From positions 80,823 to 144,822 of the forward strand of contig CAVYCN010000018.1 of NCBI GenBank assembly GCA_963767005.1: 64,000 nucleotides of DNA. Reading direction: 5' to 3'. Both the position numbers and the translations under genes were made by a program. The DNA comes from an uncultured Actinomycetes bacterium. Lineage in GTDB: Bacteria; Actinomycetota; Thermoleophilia; UBA2241. The notes under the pieces were generated by a model. That model searched no databases and had not been told where the DNA came from. It saw nothing but the letters and a program-made list of their open reading frames with translations. Shown here piece by piece: positions 9,687 to 22,948 of the stretch (the first letter of the stretch is position 1; each line of letters opens with the position of its first letter).

Positions 9687-10406
9687 TCAGAACGAGGCGA
9701 CGAAGTTCTCGACGAGCCGCCGGCAGAGCTCCCGCGAGCCCTCTACGATCGTCGGCACGCTCTCGACGAGCCCCGCGTAGAGGGCGGGGTCGCGGCGCGC
9801 CACTCCCTTGTTGTCGCGCCGCAGCCAGAACCGCAGGATGCTCTCGTCGACCTCGACGTGGAACTGCAGCCCCCAGGCGCGACGGCCCACCCGGAACGCC
9901 TGCACGCCGGGATCGCCGGCGCGCCGGGCGAGCACCTCGGCGTCGGTCGGCACGGTGAACGACTGGGCGTGCCACTCGAGGGCGTGGAACGGTGAGGCGA
10001 GGCCCCGCAGCAGACCATCGCCGCGCACCACCTCGACCGGCAGCCAACCGACCTCGGGCTCGCCGCGCGCATACACGCGCCCACCGATCGCGGCGGCGAG
10101 CTGCTGCCCGCCCAGGCAGATGCCCAGGAGCGGCATGCCGAGCTCGACGGCCGCGGCAAGCAGACGCCGTTCAGGGTCGATGAACGGGAACTCGGCCGCC
10201 TGGTCGGTGTTCATCGAGCCGCCGAGCACCACGAGCCCGCCCATCCGTCCGAGCTCCTCGACGCGCGGCACCGTGGCCCCGGCGTGGAGCTGGCGTACGT
10301 CGACCGTCAGGCCGGCGTTGACGAGCGCCTCGTAGAGCGTGCCCGCGTGACCGGCAGCCTCGTGCTGCAGGACCACGACCGGCTCGTCGGTGGGCGGATG
10401 GATCAT
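9687..10406 (-). CDS. Type 1 glutamine amidotransferase-like protein
   Basis: LGGSM, GICLGGQ (nucleophile Cys) and QFHVE. Confidence 0.9.
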   Translation of the reverse strand: MIHPPTDEPVVVLQHEAAGHAGTLYEALVNAGLTVDVRQLHAGATVPRVEELGRMGGLVVLGGSMNTDQAAEFPFIDPERRLLAAAVELGMPLLGICLGGQQLAAAIGGRVYARGEPEVGWLPVEVVRGDGLLRGLASPFHALEWHAQSFTVPTDAEVLARRAGDPGVQAFRVGRRAWGLQFHVEVDESILRFWLRRDNKGVARRDPALYAGLVESVPTIVEGSRELCRRLVENFVASF

Positions 10407-10586
10407 GGTCGAAAGCGTACCCTGCCGGGCCCTACGCACGAAACATAAGTTGTGACGGGCGTTTGCCGATACACCACCCTGCCGGGAGAGAGACGCTCGG
10501 CGTCCGCGCGCCGTGGCCCGAGAGGGCTCCTCCGGCGACGGCGGGCGCCCGGTGCTCTCCGGGGTTGGCGGAGAAAAGGGTCACGT

Positions 10587-14381
<3,795 letters not shown>

Positions 14382-14484
14382 AGCCTCGGCGGGCCGCCGC
14401 CTCCGGGTCCCGGCAACGGCGGGCCGACGGCGCCGCAGCGGGCACACTAGCGCCACGGCCACCACGTCCACGAGGGCAGGGCAG

Positions 14485-15456
14485 ATGACAGACCGAGTCG
14501 GGCAGATCCTCTCCTGGTACCGCTCCGAGAATCCAGGGGTCCAGGCCAACCTCTACCGCCTGCTCATGAGCGGCCGCCTGGCGGGCACCGGCAAGCTCGT
14601 CATCCTGCCGGTCGACCAGGGCTTCGAGCACGGTCCGGCGCGCAGCTTCGCGCCCAACCCGGCGGGCTACGACCCGCGCTACCACTTCCAGCTCGCGATC
14701 GACGCCGGCTGCAACGCCTACGCGGCACCGCTCGGCTTCATCGAGGCCGGCGCGGCGGAGTTCGCCGGCCGTATACCGCTCATCCTCAAGGCCAACAACC
14801 ACGACCTGCTCTACACGAACGTCGAGGGGCCGCTGCCGGCGGTGACGGCGGGCGTCGAGGACGCCCTGCGCCTGGGCTGTGTCGCGATCGGCTTCACGAT
14901 CTACCCGGGCTCGGCCGCCCGCACCGAGATGTACGAGGAGCTACGCGAGCTGGCCCTCGAAGCCAAGGCCGCCGGCCTGGTCGTCGTCGTCTGGTCGTAC
15001 CCGCGCGGCGGCGAGCTCACCAAGGAGGCCGAGACGGCGGTCGACGTGTCGGCCTACGCCGCGCAGATCGCCGCCCAGCTCGGCGCCCACGTCGTCAAGG
15101 TCAAGCCGCCGACCTACGGCCCCTGGGACGCCAAGTCGAAGGAGGCGCTCGAGAAGGCCGGAGTGCCGCTCGAGACGCTGACCGACCGGGCGCGCTTCGT
15201 CGTGCAGGGCGCCTTCGCCGGCCGTCGCATCGTGATCTTCTCGGGCGGCGAGGCCAAAGGCACCGCGGCCGTGCTGCAGGAGAACCGCGATCTGGCCGCG
15301 GCCGGCTCGTTCGGCACGATCATGGGACGCAACTCGTTCCAGCGCCCCCACGACGAGGCCGTCAAGCTCCTCCAGGATGTCATGGAGATCCACCGCGTGG
15401 GCGCCGCGCCCGGCGCCGTGCGCGAGCCGGCGCGCGACGAGGTCACGTCAGCCTGA
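14485..15456 (+). CDS. fbaB: Class I fructose-bisphosphate aldolase (DhnA/FbaB type)
   Basis: GTGKLVILPVDQGFEHGP, WSYPRG, VVKVK (Schiff-base Lys) and MGRNSFQRP. Confidence 0.92.
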   Translation: MTDRVGQILSWYRSENPGVQANLYRLLMSGRLAGTGKLVILPVDQGFEHGPARSFAPNPAGYDPRYHFQLAIDAGCNAYAAPLGFIEAGAAEFAGRIPLILKANNHDLLYTNVEGPLPAVTAGVEDALRLGCVAIGFTIYPGSAARTEMYEELRELALEAKAAGLVVVVWSYPRGGELTKEAETAVDVSAYAAQIAAQLGAHVVKVKPPTYGPWDAKSKEALEKAGVPLETLTDRARFVVQGAFAGRRIVIFSGGEAKGTAAVLQENRDLAAAGSFGTIMGRNSFQRPHDEAVKLLQDVMEIHRVGAAPGAVREPARDEVTSA

Positions 15457-15488
15457 GCGGCGGCGACGTCGCTTGCTGACCGCCGCGA

Positions 15489-16892
15489 CTAGCGAATGAC
15501 CGGACGGCGACCGGCGAGCCCCGCCCGGAATCGCTCGACGGCCGGCAGGTGCAGGTCGAGCAGGTCGGCGATGTGCGCCTTGGCCTCGAGCGGGCTCGGG
15601 TCGTCGTAGTAGCTCGCCTCGGTCTCGAAGATGCGTCCGAGGCGCAGCTCACCGCGCAGCTCGTGCATGGCGGCGTTGTCGGACAGGTCGCGCGGCGCGA
15701 CCCCGAGCCGGTCGGCCACGTAGCGTTTGGCCTGCGTGATCCTCATGCCCTTCGCCATCTGCATCCGCGCCACCAGATCTCCGGCGGCGCGCAGTCCGTT
15801 CATGCCGGAGGCGCACGAGTGGGCGACGTCCATACCGAACGAGTCGCCCGTGCCCACCTACAAGCCGTCCAGGCGGAGCACGTCGACGCAGGCGCGCGAC
15901 ACCCGCGAGACGGCGTCGACCGGCGCGAAGGCGGTCATCGGCACGCCGCCCACGCCCATGCCGACGTTCATGTGCACGGGTATCTCGGCGGCGGCCATGC
16001 AGGGCTTCACGAAGGTGAGGGCGCGAGCCACGTTCCAGGGCGTCGACCTGCTCGTGTTGGTGTTCACCGCCGGTCCGAACACCGTCGCGCCGGCCTGCTG
16101 CACCACCGCGAGCTGACCCGCTGGCTTGAGCCCCGCCAGGCGCGTGCCGCGATACTCGAGCCGGCCGTGGGTGCCGAGCACGATCTCGGCCGCCATGCCG
16201 ACCATGATGCCCAGGTCGGGGTGCCGCTCCCGCAAGATCTCGACGGTGCGCAGGGTGGCCAGCAGGTCGGCGTCGCCGGCGGCGCCGGCGGTGTCGAAGT
16301 TCACACCGTCGGCGCCGGCGTCCCACATGGCCTCGGCCACGTAGACCATGTCGGCCACGGCAAGCTCGACCGCCTCTTCCTGGGCGGCGCGCGCCTCGTC
16401 GATGCGCACCTCGGGCAGGAGCTGCGCCCAGTTGCCGCAGGGTCCGTCGGGTTCCGAGTACCGGCCCAGGTCGGGCTGGGCGCCGTAGTGCACCGGCACC
16501 GTCAGCCGCTCCTGGGCCTCCTTCATGTACTGCTGCTCGAAGGGGACAACGGGCTTGACCGCCTTGTAGGAGTAGTCGATGTGGAACAGCTCGACGCTGT
16601 CGTGGGCGAGCACCTGCTCGTAGGCGTACAGGGCGTCGACCCTGCTGCCGAGCTGCGGCGTGCCGGTGCCATCCTTTGAGAGCACGACCTCGTCGCCCAC
16701 ATCGACCGCCGTGAAGCGCGCCTGCGACGCGAAGATGTCGAGCAGATGGTCGAGCTCACTGTCGTCGAGCGACGCCAGCTTGCCGCGGGTGGCGGCGGCC
16801 TGCGTGCCCGCGTCGAGCTCGACGCGGATGGCGCTCCGGGTCGCCTCGACGAGCGACCCGTCGCCCATCCGCATCGGGACCTGCCGTTCCAT
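15489..16892 (-). CDS. mtbB: Pyrrolysine-containing dimethylamine:corrinoid methyltransferase (MtbB family), paralog 1
   Basis: ORFs 15858..16901 and 15489..15857 are contiguous in one frame, joined by TAG at 15858-15860 (codon 345; LRLDGL*VGTGD). MtbB motifs [39 protein letters not shown] at 16892 after GGAGGTG; terminal stop is TAG. Confidence 0.92.
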
Positions 16893-16980
16893 CAACGTCA
16901 CCTCCGCGGCGCCGTCGCCCCCCTGGCGTCGGTCCCGGGGATGCTATCGCAGTCGCAGGCAAAGCGGCAACGCGCCTTCA

Positions 16981-17037
16981 GGCAAGAAGCGAGGCGGGGG
17001 CGGCGCCTTCGGCGCCGCCCCCGCCTCGCTTCTTGCC
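16981..17037. terminator. 27-bp perfect inverted repeat downstream of mtbB paralog 2
   Basis: ggcaagaagcgaggcgggggcggcgcc-ttc-ggcgccgcccccgcctcgcttcttgcc. Confidence 0.75.
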
Positions 17038-17068
17038 GTCGCCGGTCTGACCGCCGCGCCGCGGCCTT

Positions 17069-18454
17069 TTACAACCCGACGCGCTGCTTGAAGCGCTCGA
17101 CGCTGTTGATCGTGATGTCGAGCGCCTTGGCGATGTTGAACTTGGCCTCGATCATGCCGGCGTCGCCGGGACGCACCGCGGAGGTGTGAGGCAGGCACCC
17201 CAGCCCCTTCTCGATGCGGATCTGCTCCATGGCGATCGGGTCGGACAGGTCGCGTACGCCGCAGCCGAGCTTGTCGGCGACGTAGGCCTTGGCTTCACTC
17301 AGGCGCATCCTTCGGGTCATCTGCATGCGTGCCACGAGATCTCCCGCGGTCCGCATTCCGCCCATGCCCGAAGCCTGCGAATGGGCAGACTCCATGCCCA
17401 TGGCATCGCCCGTGCCCACCTAGTAGCCGTCGATCTTGAGGATCTCGACGAAGGCCTTGGAGGCACGCGACGTGGCATCGGCCGGCGGATAGACGCAGGT
17501 CGGCACGCCGCCCACACCCATGCCCACGTTGACGTGCACCGGGATCTCGGCGATCTCGGCGGCCGGCTTGATGAAGGTCATCGCCCGGGCGATGTTCCAG
17601 GCGGTCGACTTGCCTGTGTTGATGTTGACGGCGGGGCCGTAGATCGAGGCGCCCGCGGCCTGCACCATGCGCACCTGGTCCTTGGGCCACATGCCGGCCA
17701 GACGCTCGCCGTCGAACTCGAGCTGGCCGTGCATGCCGAGCACGAACTCGCTCGCCATGCCGATCTCGATGCCGAGCCACGGGTATCTGTCGCGTAGCAT
17801 GCGGCAAGCGGTGAGGCCGGCGAGAAAGTCGGCGTCGCCGGCCGCGCCGGTCGTGTCCATGTCGATGCCGTCGGCGCCGGCTTCGATCATGTGGTCGGCG
17901 ACGAAGTTGATGTCGTTGACCAGCATGTCGCAGGCCTCGAGCTGCGCGGCGCGGGCCTCGTCGACCTTCATGAGCGGCAGCAGCTCGGACCAGTTGTCGA
18001 TCGGCCCGTCGGGCTTCGAGTAGCGGCCGAGGTCGGGCATCGCCCCGTACTGCACCGGGTTCGTGCAGAGCATCTGGGCGATCTTCATCGACTGGCCCTC
18101 GTGGGCCACGTTGGTCTTGACCGCCTTGTACGAGTAGTCGATCTGCCAGAGCTCGATCATGTCGATGCCGACGACCTGCTCGTAGGTCTGCAGGTCCTGC
18201 ACCCGGTTACCGATGTGCTTGGTGCCGGTGCCGTCGTTGCTCATGACGACCTCGTCGCCGATGTCGACGGCGGTGAAGCGGGCCGACGAGGCATAGATGT
18301 CGAGCAGGTGGTCGAGCTCGTCCTGATTGAGCGGGTCGACCTTGGCCCGTTTGGCGGCCTGTTGCGTGCCGTCCTCGAGGTCGGCCTTGATCTCGGAGCG
18401 CGTCATATCGACGAGCGCGCCGTCTCCCATGCGCGTTGCGATCTTGGGTTCCAA
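17069..18454 (-). CDS. mtbB: Pyrrolysine-containing dimethylamine:corrinoid methyltransferase (MtbB family), paralog 2
   Basis: In-frame TAG at 17420-17422 (codon 345 from TTG 18454; LKIDGY*VGTGD) joins ORFs 17420..18469 and 17069..17419; GGAGG RBS 8 nt upstream of the TTG; terminal TAA. Confidence 0.93.
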
Positions 18455-18750
18455 GCGCATCACCTCCACGTGCGCACGTTCGCGGGGACCGGCCGCCGGT
18501 AGCGACCGGGACCGGATCGGACTCGGATGTGCCCCGGGTCTGGGTCACGAAGGGCCACACCGGGAGCCGTCGGCCCATGGTATATCGGCCCTCCCACCGT
18601 CCGCCACCCGGGGCACCCAGGGGCCCGAGCGCGGCACGCCGAGACCGGGACGCTCGCTCTCACCCCGAGTCGCGCCGCATCACCCCCCCTCGCGGCGGTA
18701 CGACCAGGGGCGCGGCATCACCCCACGGCGCGCCGGCGTCTCGCGCATGC

Positions 18751-19152
18751 TCAAAGCCCCTCGAGATCGAACCGTTCGTCGATGGCGAGGCAGTGGCCGA
18801 CCCCCAGCCGCCGTGCGACCAGGAAGGTCGCGCAGTCCACGAGCGACGGCTGCCGTTCGGCGCCTGCCGTGTTCAGCTCACCGATCAGTCGCTCGACGGC
18901 GAGCTCGTGCTCGACGGGTCGGACCCACTCGACATCGAACGCCGGGAGAAGATCGCGCAGGAACGTCGTCACCGCTGCCACGCCCAGACGGCGTCTGAGC
19001 ACATCGACGGTCTCGAGCGCGACGTAGTTGGTGACGATGAGCCGGTCGGCCGCATCGAGCTCGTAGGCGAACATGTGCCGCGTCAGCTCGTGCTCAGGAT
19101 GGCGACCGTCCAGGAGCGCGACGAGCGCCGTCGTGTCGATCAGAGTCGCCAC
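18751..19152 (-). CDS. vapC: PIN-domain toxin (VapC family)
   Basis: LIDTTALVAL, TNYVALET, SLVDCATF and IDERF, the conserved acidic PIN residues. Confidence 0.88.
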   Translation of the reverse strand: MATLIDTTALVALLDGRHPEHELTRHMFAYELDAADRLIVTNYVALETVDVLRRRLGVAAVTTFLRDLLPAFDVEWVRPVEHELAVERLIGELNTAGAERQPSLVDCATFLVARRLGVGHCLAIDERFDLEGL

Positions 19153-19153
19153 G

Positions 19154-19537
19154 TCACTCGTCGTCGCGCGGGTTGTCGAGCCAGTACCGAGGCGCTCTCC
19201 GCTCGCCGGGATCACTGCCGCGCTGCGCATTGTTCCCAGGCGCCGGACCGGCCGCCGTGTCGAACCCGGCACCGGCCGCCATGTCGAACCCTGCACCGGC
19301 CGCCATGTCGAACGCTGGGTCGGGTGCGGGGCCGGGCGTCGTGCCCGGACCAGGCTCGACGTCATCGACGACGGCCAGCGCGCGCCGCCGGACGAGACGG
19401 ACGAGCGACTCAGACCGCGCTACCTGGATGTCGAGAGCGTGCCGCACGTAGCCCGCCAGGGAGAGACCATCGAGCCTCGCCCGTTCCCGGACGGCGTCGA
19501 ACTGCTCTTCATAGAGCTGCACGGTCACGCGGATCAA
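19154..19537 (-). CDS. Ribbon-helix-helix antitoxin (VapB/CopG-like) with internal repeat expansion
   Basis: MIRVTVQLYEEQFDAVRERARLDGLSLAGYVRHALD matches the RHH pattern; directly upstream of vapC; 24-bp repeats encode FDMAAGAG. Confidence 0.75.
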   Translation of the reverse strand: MIRVTVQLYEEQFDAVRERARLDGLSLAGYVRHALDIQVARSESLVRLVRRRALAVVDDVEPGPGTTPGPAPDPAFDMAAGAGFDMAAGAGFDTAAGPAPGNNAQRGSDPGERRAPRYWLDNPRDDE

Positions 19538-19627
19538 AGGCTGACCTCGCAGGTCGCGGAGAGACCGCGGTGCCGTGCCGATGCGCGAGGCCAGCCCGTC
19601 GCGCACGGGAGGTACGGGAGTGTGGGT

Positions 19628-19680
19628 GTGTGTGGTGCCATCATGCCATCACTTTCTGCTGGCATGATGGCACCACACAC
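19628..19680. promoter_or_regulatory. 21-bp perfect inverted repeat upstream of vapBC (candidate autoregulatory operator)
   Basis: gtgtgtggtgccatcatgcca-N11-tggcatgatggcaccacacac. Confidence 0.6.
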
Positions 19681-19784
19681 CCTCGGGGTCCCGCGGCTCG
19701 AGTGGGCCACGGGCTCACATTTGACGCGGGAACGAGGTCACGGAGCGCAGCTGGAGCGGTTGACGAAGGAGTGGGTGCGGTCAC

Positions 19785-19922
19785 GGCGACGCGATCCTCG
19801 GGCGACGCGATCCTCGGGCGGCGCGGTTCTCGGGCGGCGCGGTCCTCGGGCGGCGCGGTCGTCAGGCGGCGCGGTCCTCGGGCGGCGCGGTCGTCAGGCG
19901 GCGCGGTCGTCAGGCGGCGCGG
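19785..19922. repeat. 16-bp tandem repeat, about 8.6 copies (VNTR)
   Basis: Unit ggcggcgcggtc(c/g)tc(g/a) repeated head-to-tail. Confidence 0.9.
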
Positions 19923-20941
19923 CGGGCGGTCGCGTCGGCGGCGTCGGGCGCTATGCGGATCTCGTTGACGAGTGGGCGACCGGCCTCGAAGTCGGCGGCG
20001 TTCGCGAGCGTCGTCGTCGCGATCTGCTCGAGCGCCTCGCTCGTGAAGTAACCCTGGTGCGCCGTGATCACCACGTTGGGGAACGTGAGCAGGCGACTGA
20101 AGACGTCGTCCTGGATGATCTGACCCGACAGGTCGCGCGAGAAGAGCTCCGTCTCCTCTTCGTAGACGTCGAGACCGAGCGCGCCGATGTGGCCCGACTT
20201 CAGCCCCGCGATCACGGCGCGCGAGTCGACGAGGCCGCCGCGGCTCGTGTTGACGAGCATGACGCCGCGCTTCATCAGCGCGATGGCGTCGCGGTCGATC
20301 AGGTGGGTGGTCTCCGGCAGCAGCGGGCAGTGCAGCGTGACGATGTCAGAGGCGGCGAGCAGCTCGGCCAGCGACACGTAGGTGACGCCCATCTCGCGGG
20401 CGCGCTCGCTCGGGAACGGGTCGTAGCCCAGCAGGACGCAGCCGAAGCCGCGCAGGATGCCGGCCGTCGTGGCACCGATGATGCCCGTGCCGACGATGCC
20501 GACGGTGCGACCGTTGAGGTCGAAGCCCAGCAGGCCGTCGAGCGAGAAGTTGCCGTCGCGGACGCGCTGGTAGGCGCGATGGATCTTGCGGTTCAGCGCG
20601 AGGATGAGCGTGACGGTGTGCTCCGCTACGGCGTGCGGCGAGTAGGCCGGCACGCGCACGACGCGCAGGCCCAGGGCGGACGCGGCCGCGAGGTCGACGT
20701 TGTTGAAGCCCGCCGAACGCAGGGCGACGAGCGTCGTTCCGCCCGCGGCGAGCGTCGCGAGCGTCTCGCCGCCGAGCTCGTCGTTGACGAAGACGGACAC
20801 GCCGGGGAACCCGGCCGCAAGCGGAGCCGTGTCGGCGGTGAGCCGCGCCTCGAAGAACACGAGCTCATGAGCGAAGCTCGCGTTGGCCGCGGTCAGGAAC
20901 TCACGGTCGTACCGCCTGGCGGAGAAGACTGCGATGCGCGT
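19910..20941 (-). CDS. ldhA: D-lactate dehydrogenase / D-isomer 2-hydroxyacid dehydrogenase
   Basis: [47 protein letters not shown] and TAHQG; the expected start position is ACG (20941), so the start is uncertain. Confidence 0.85.
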   Translation of the reverse strand, partial: TRIAVFSARRYDREFLTAANASFAHELVFFEARLTADTAPLAAGFPGVSVFVNDELGGETLATLAAGGTTLVALRSAGFNNVDLAAASALGLRVVRVPAYSPHAVAEHTVTLILALNRKIHRAYQRVRDGNFSLDGLLGFDLNGRTVGIVGTGIIGATTAGILRGFGCVLLGYDPFPSERAREMGVTYVSLAELLAASDIVTLHCPLLPETTHLIDRDAIALMKRGVMLVNTSRGGLVDSRAVIAGLKSGHIGALGLDVYEEETELFSRDLSGQIIQDDVFSRLLTFPNVVITAHQGYFTSEALEQIATTTLANAADFEAGRPLVNEIRIAPDAADATARRAA

Positions 20942-21066
20942 GGCGTCCTCGCTGGAGTCGGGCTTGCGTCCGACCCCACGGTTCCCCGCCAGGAGCAGGA
21001 CAAACGCAATCGTCGCGGCGAGGCGCGATCGTCGCGACGAGGCGCGCCGCGATAGGGCGATGAGGT

Positions 21067-21108
21067 CGGCGGTGGGCGGGCGCCCATACGGGCGCCCGCC
21101 CACCGCCG
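21067..21108. terminator. 19-bp perfect hairpin immediately after mtbB paralog 3
   Basis: cggcggtgggcgggcgccc-atac-gggcgcccgcccaccgccg; no clear U-tract. Confidence 0.65.
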
Positions 21109-21111
21109 CGA

Positions 21112-22518
21112 TCAGCGTCCGACGGGGTGCTTGCGGCCGGCCATCTCGCGGAAGCGCTCCACGCAGTTGACCGGCACGTCGAGCACGGCCGCGATGTTGA
21201 ACTTGGCCTCGATCCCCATGGGGTCGCCGACGTCGGTGATCTCGCCCGACTCGAGGATGCCGCCGAGGCCGTGCTCCTTGCGCACGTCGAGCATGACCGT
21301 CGGGTCGGAGAGGTCGATCGTCGAGACGCCCAGCCGGTCGGCCACGTACCGCTTGGCCTCGACGAGCCGCATCCCTCGGGTGATCTGCATCCGGGCCACC
21401 AGATCTCCAGCAGTCCGGATCCCGCCCATCCCCGAGGCGACGCCGTGGCTCACAGCCTGGCCGTACACGTCGCCCGCGCCCACCTACAAGCCATCCAGGC
21501 GCAGGATGTCGACCGCGGCGCGCGAGGCCCGGCAGGTGGCGTCGCCGGCCGGGGTGACGTGCATCGGCACGCCGCCCACCCCCATGCCGCCGTTCAGGTG
21601 CACCGGCACGGTCGCCTCGTCGCAGCACGGCTTGGCGATGGTCAGCGTGCGCGCCACGTTCCAGGCGATCGACCTGCCGGTGTTCACGTTGATCGCCGGG
21701 CCGAAGATGGTGACGCCGGCCTTGGCGGCCACCTTCATCTGCTCGCGCGGCCACAGGCCGGCGAGGCGCACGCCGTCGTACTCGAGCTCGCCGTGCATGC
21801 CGAGCACGAACTCGCCGGCCATGCCGATCTGGATGCCCACCGTCGGGTGCGCGGCGCGGATGCGCTCGACCGCCTTGAGCGTGGCGAGGAAGTCGGCGTC
21901 GCCGGCCGCGCCGGCCGTGTCGAGGTCGATGAACTCGGCGCCGGCTTCGATCAGCTCGTCGGCCACGAAGCAGATGTCGTCGACCGCGAGCTCGACCGCC
22001 TGTTCCTGGGCCGCGCGAGCTTCGTCGATGCGACCGAGCGGCAGAAGCTGCGACCAGTTCGGCACCGGACCGTCGGGCACGGTGTAGAGGCCGAGGTCGG
22101 GCATGGCGCCGTAGCCGAGCGGCGCCGTGGTCACGAACTGCGCCTGGCGCATCATGACCTGCTCGAAGGCCGTGACCCCCTTCGCCGGCTTGTAGGAGTA
22201 GTCGTGGTGGTAGAGCTCGAGCGAGTCGGCGCAGAGGTACTGCTCGTAGTACTGCAGGTCGTTGATGCGCGTGCCGAGGTCCTGGCTGCCGCAGCCGTCG
22301 AAGGACAGCACGACCTCGTCGCCGATGTCGACGCCGGTGAACCGGCTGTTCGAGCAGAAGATGTCGGCGAGGTGGGCGAGCTCGTCGGCGCCCAGCTCGG
22401 GACTCTTGCTGCGCTTGGCGCCGGCCTGCGTGCCGGCCTCGAGGTCGGCGCGGATCTGCGACGGCGTCATCTCGACGAGCGCGCCGTCGCCCATGCGCGT
22501 GCGGATCGTGGGTTCCAT
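21112..22518 (-). CDS. mtbB: Pyrrolysine-containing dimethylamine:corrinoid methyltransferase (MtbB family), paralog 3
   Basis: In-frame TAG at 21484-21486 (codon 345; LRLDGL*VGAGD) joins ORFs 21484..22518 and 21112..21483; GAGGTG RBS; terminal TGA. Confidence 0.93.
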
Positions 22519-22790
22519 CGCTCACCTCATGGTCGGATGCGCCGTGAAGCCGAAAAGACCGAGAACTGAGCCGGGCAAGCCTCCTGCGTGAGCCCGGCGA
22601 GTCGAGCCTACTCCCCGGTCGCCGGACCTGCTACGGAAGGCGCGAAGAACGCACAAGTTCGCGAGCCGGGCCCGTCACCACCGTCGACGGGACGGCAGCC
22701 GGTCGCCGCGGAGCGGTGACCCGGCGGTCCAAGCTCCGTCCACCCCCAGGCCGCGACGGACCGGCGCCGTCTCTACTAAGCAGATAAGAG

Positions 22791-22819
22791 TTGCCTGAGC
22801 GTAGAAGTGATGCAACAAT
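22791..22819 (+). promoter_or_regulatory. Candidate sigma70-type promoter for the APC permease
   Basis: TTGCCT-17 bp-AACAAT with a TG extension. Confidence 0.4.
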
Positions 22820-22948
22820 CCGACGTGATTTTCCGAGCCCCGCTGCTACGGCCTTCATGGGTGGTCGCCTGCGGGGTGACCACGCCCGGCGCACGCTGTA
22901 CCTGGGGAGCGCCGGACGGTCTGTGAAACGGAGCAAGGGGAGGTCTGC

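Noticed and set aside
15489-22518. Reading the mtbB genes as nonsense pseudogenes or as six separate ORFs
   Set aside because: The stop is TAG at the identical codon (345) in three diverged paralogs, at the family's pyrrolysine position, and the downstream GTG starts lack an RBS.
19910-22525. 871-aa fusion ORF ending in D-lactate dehydrogenase
   Set aside because: The N-terminal ~520 aa are an off-frame reading of mtbB3 and its terminator; only the last ~343 aa are LdhA. The same applies to the extended ORFs 4866..6881, 56257..58434 and 60266..61639.
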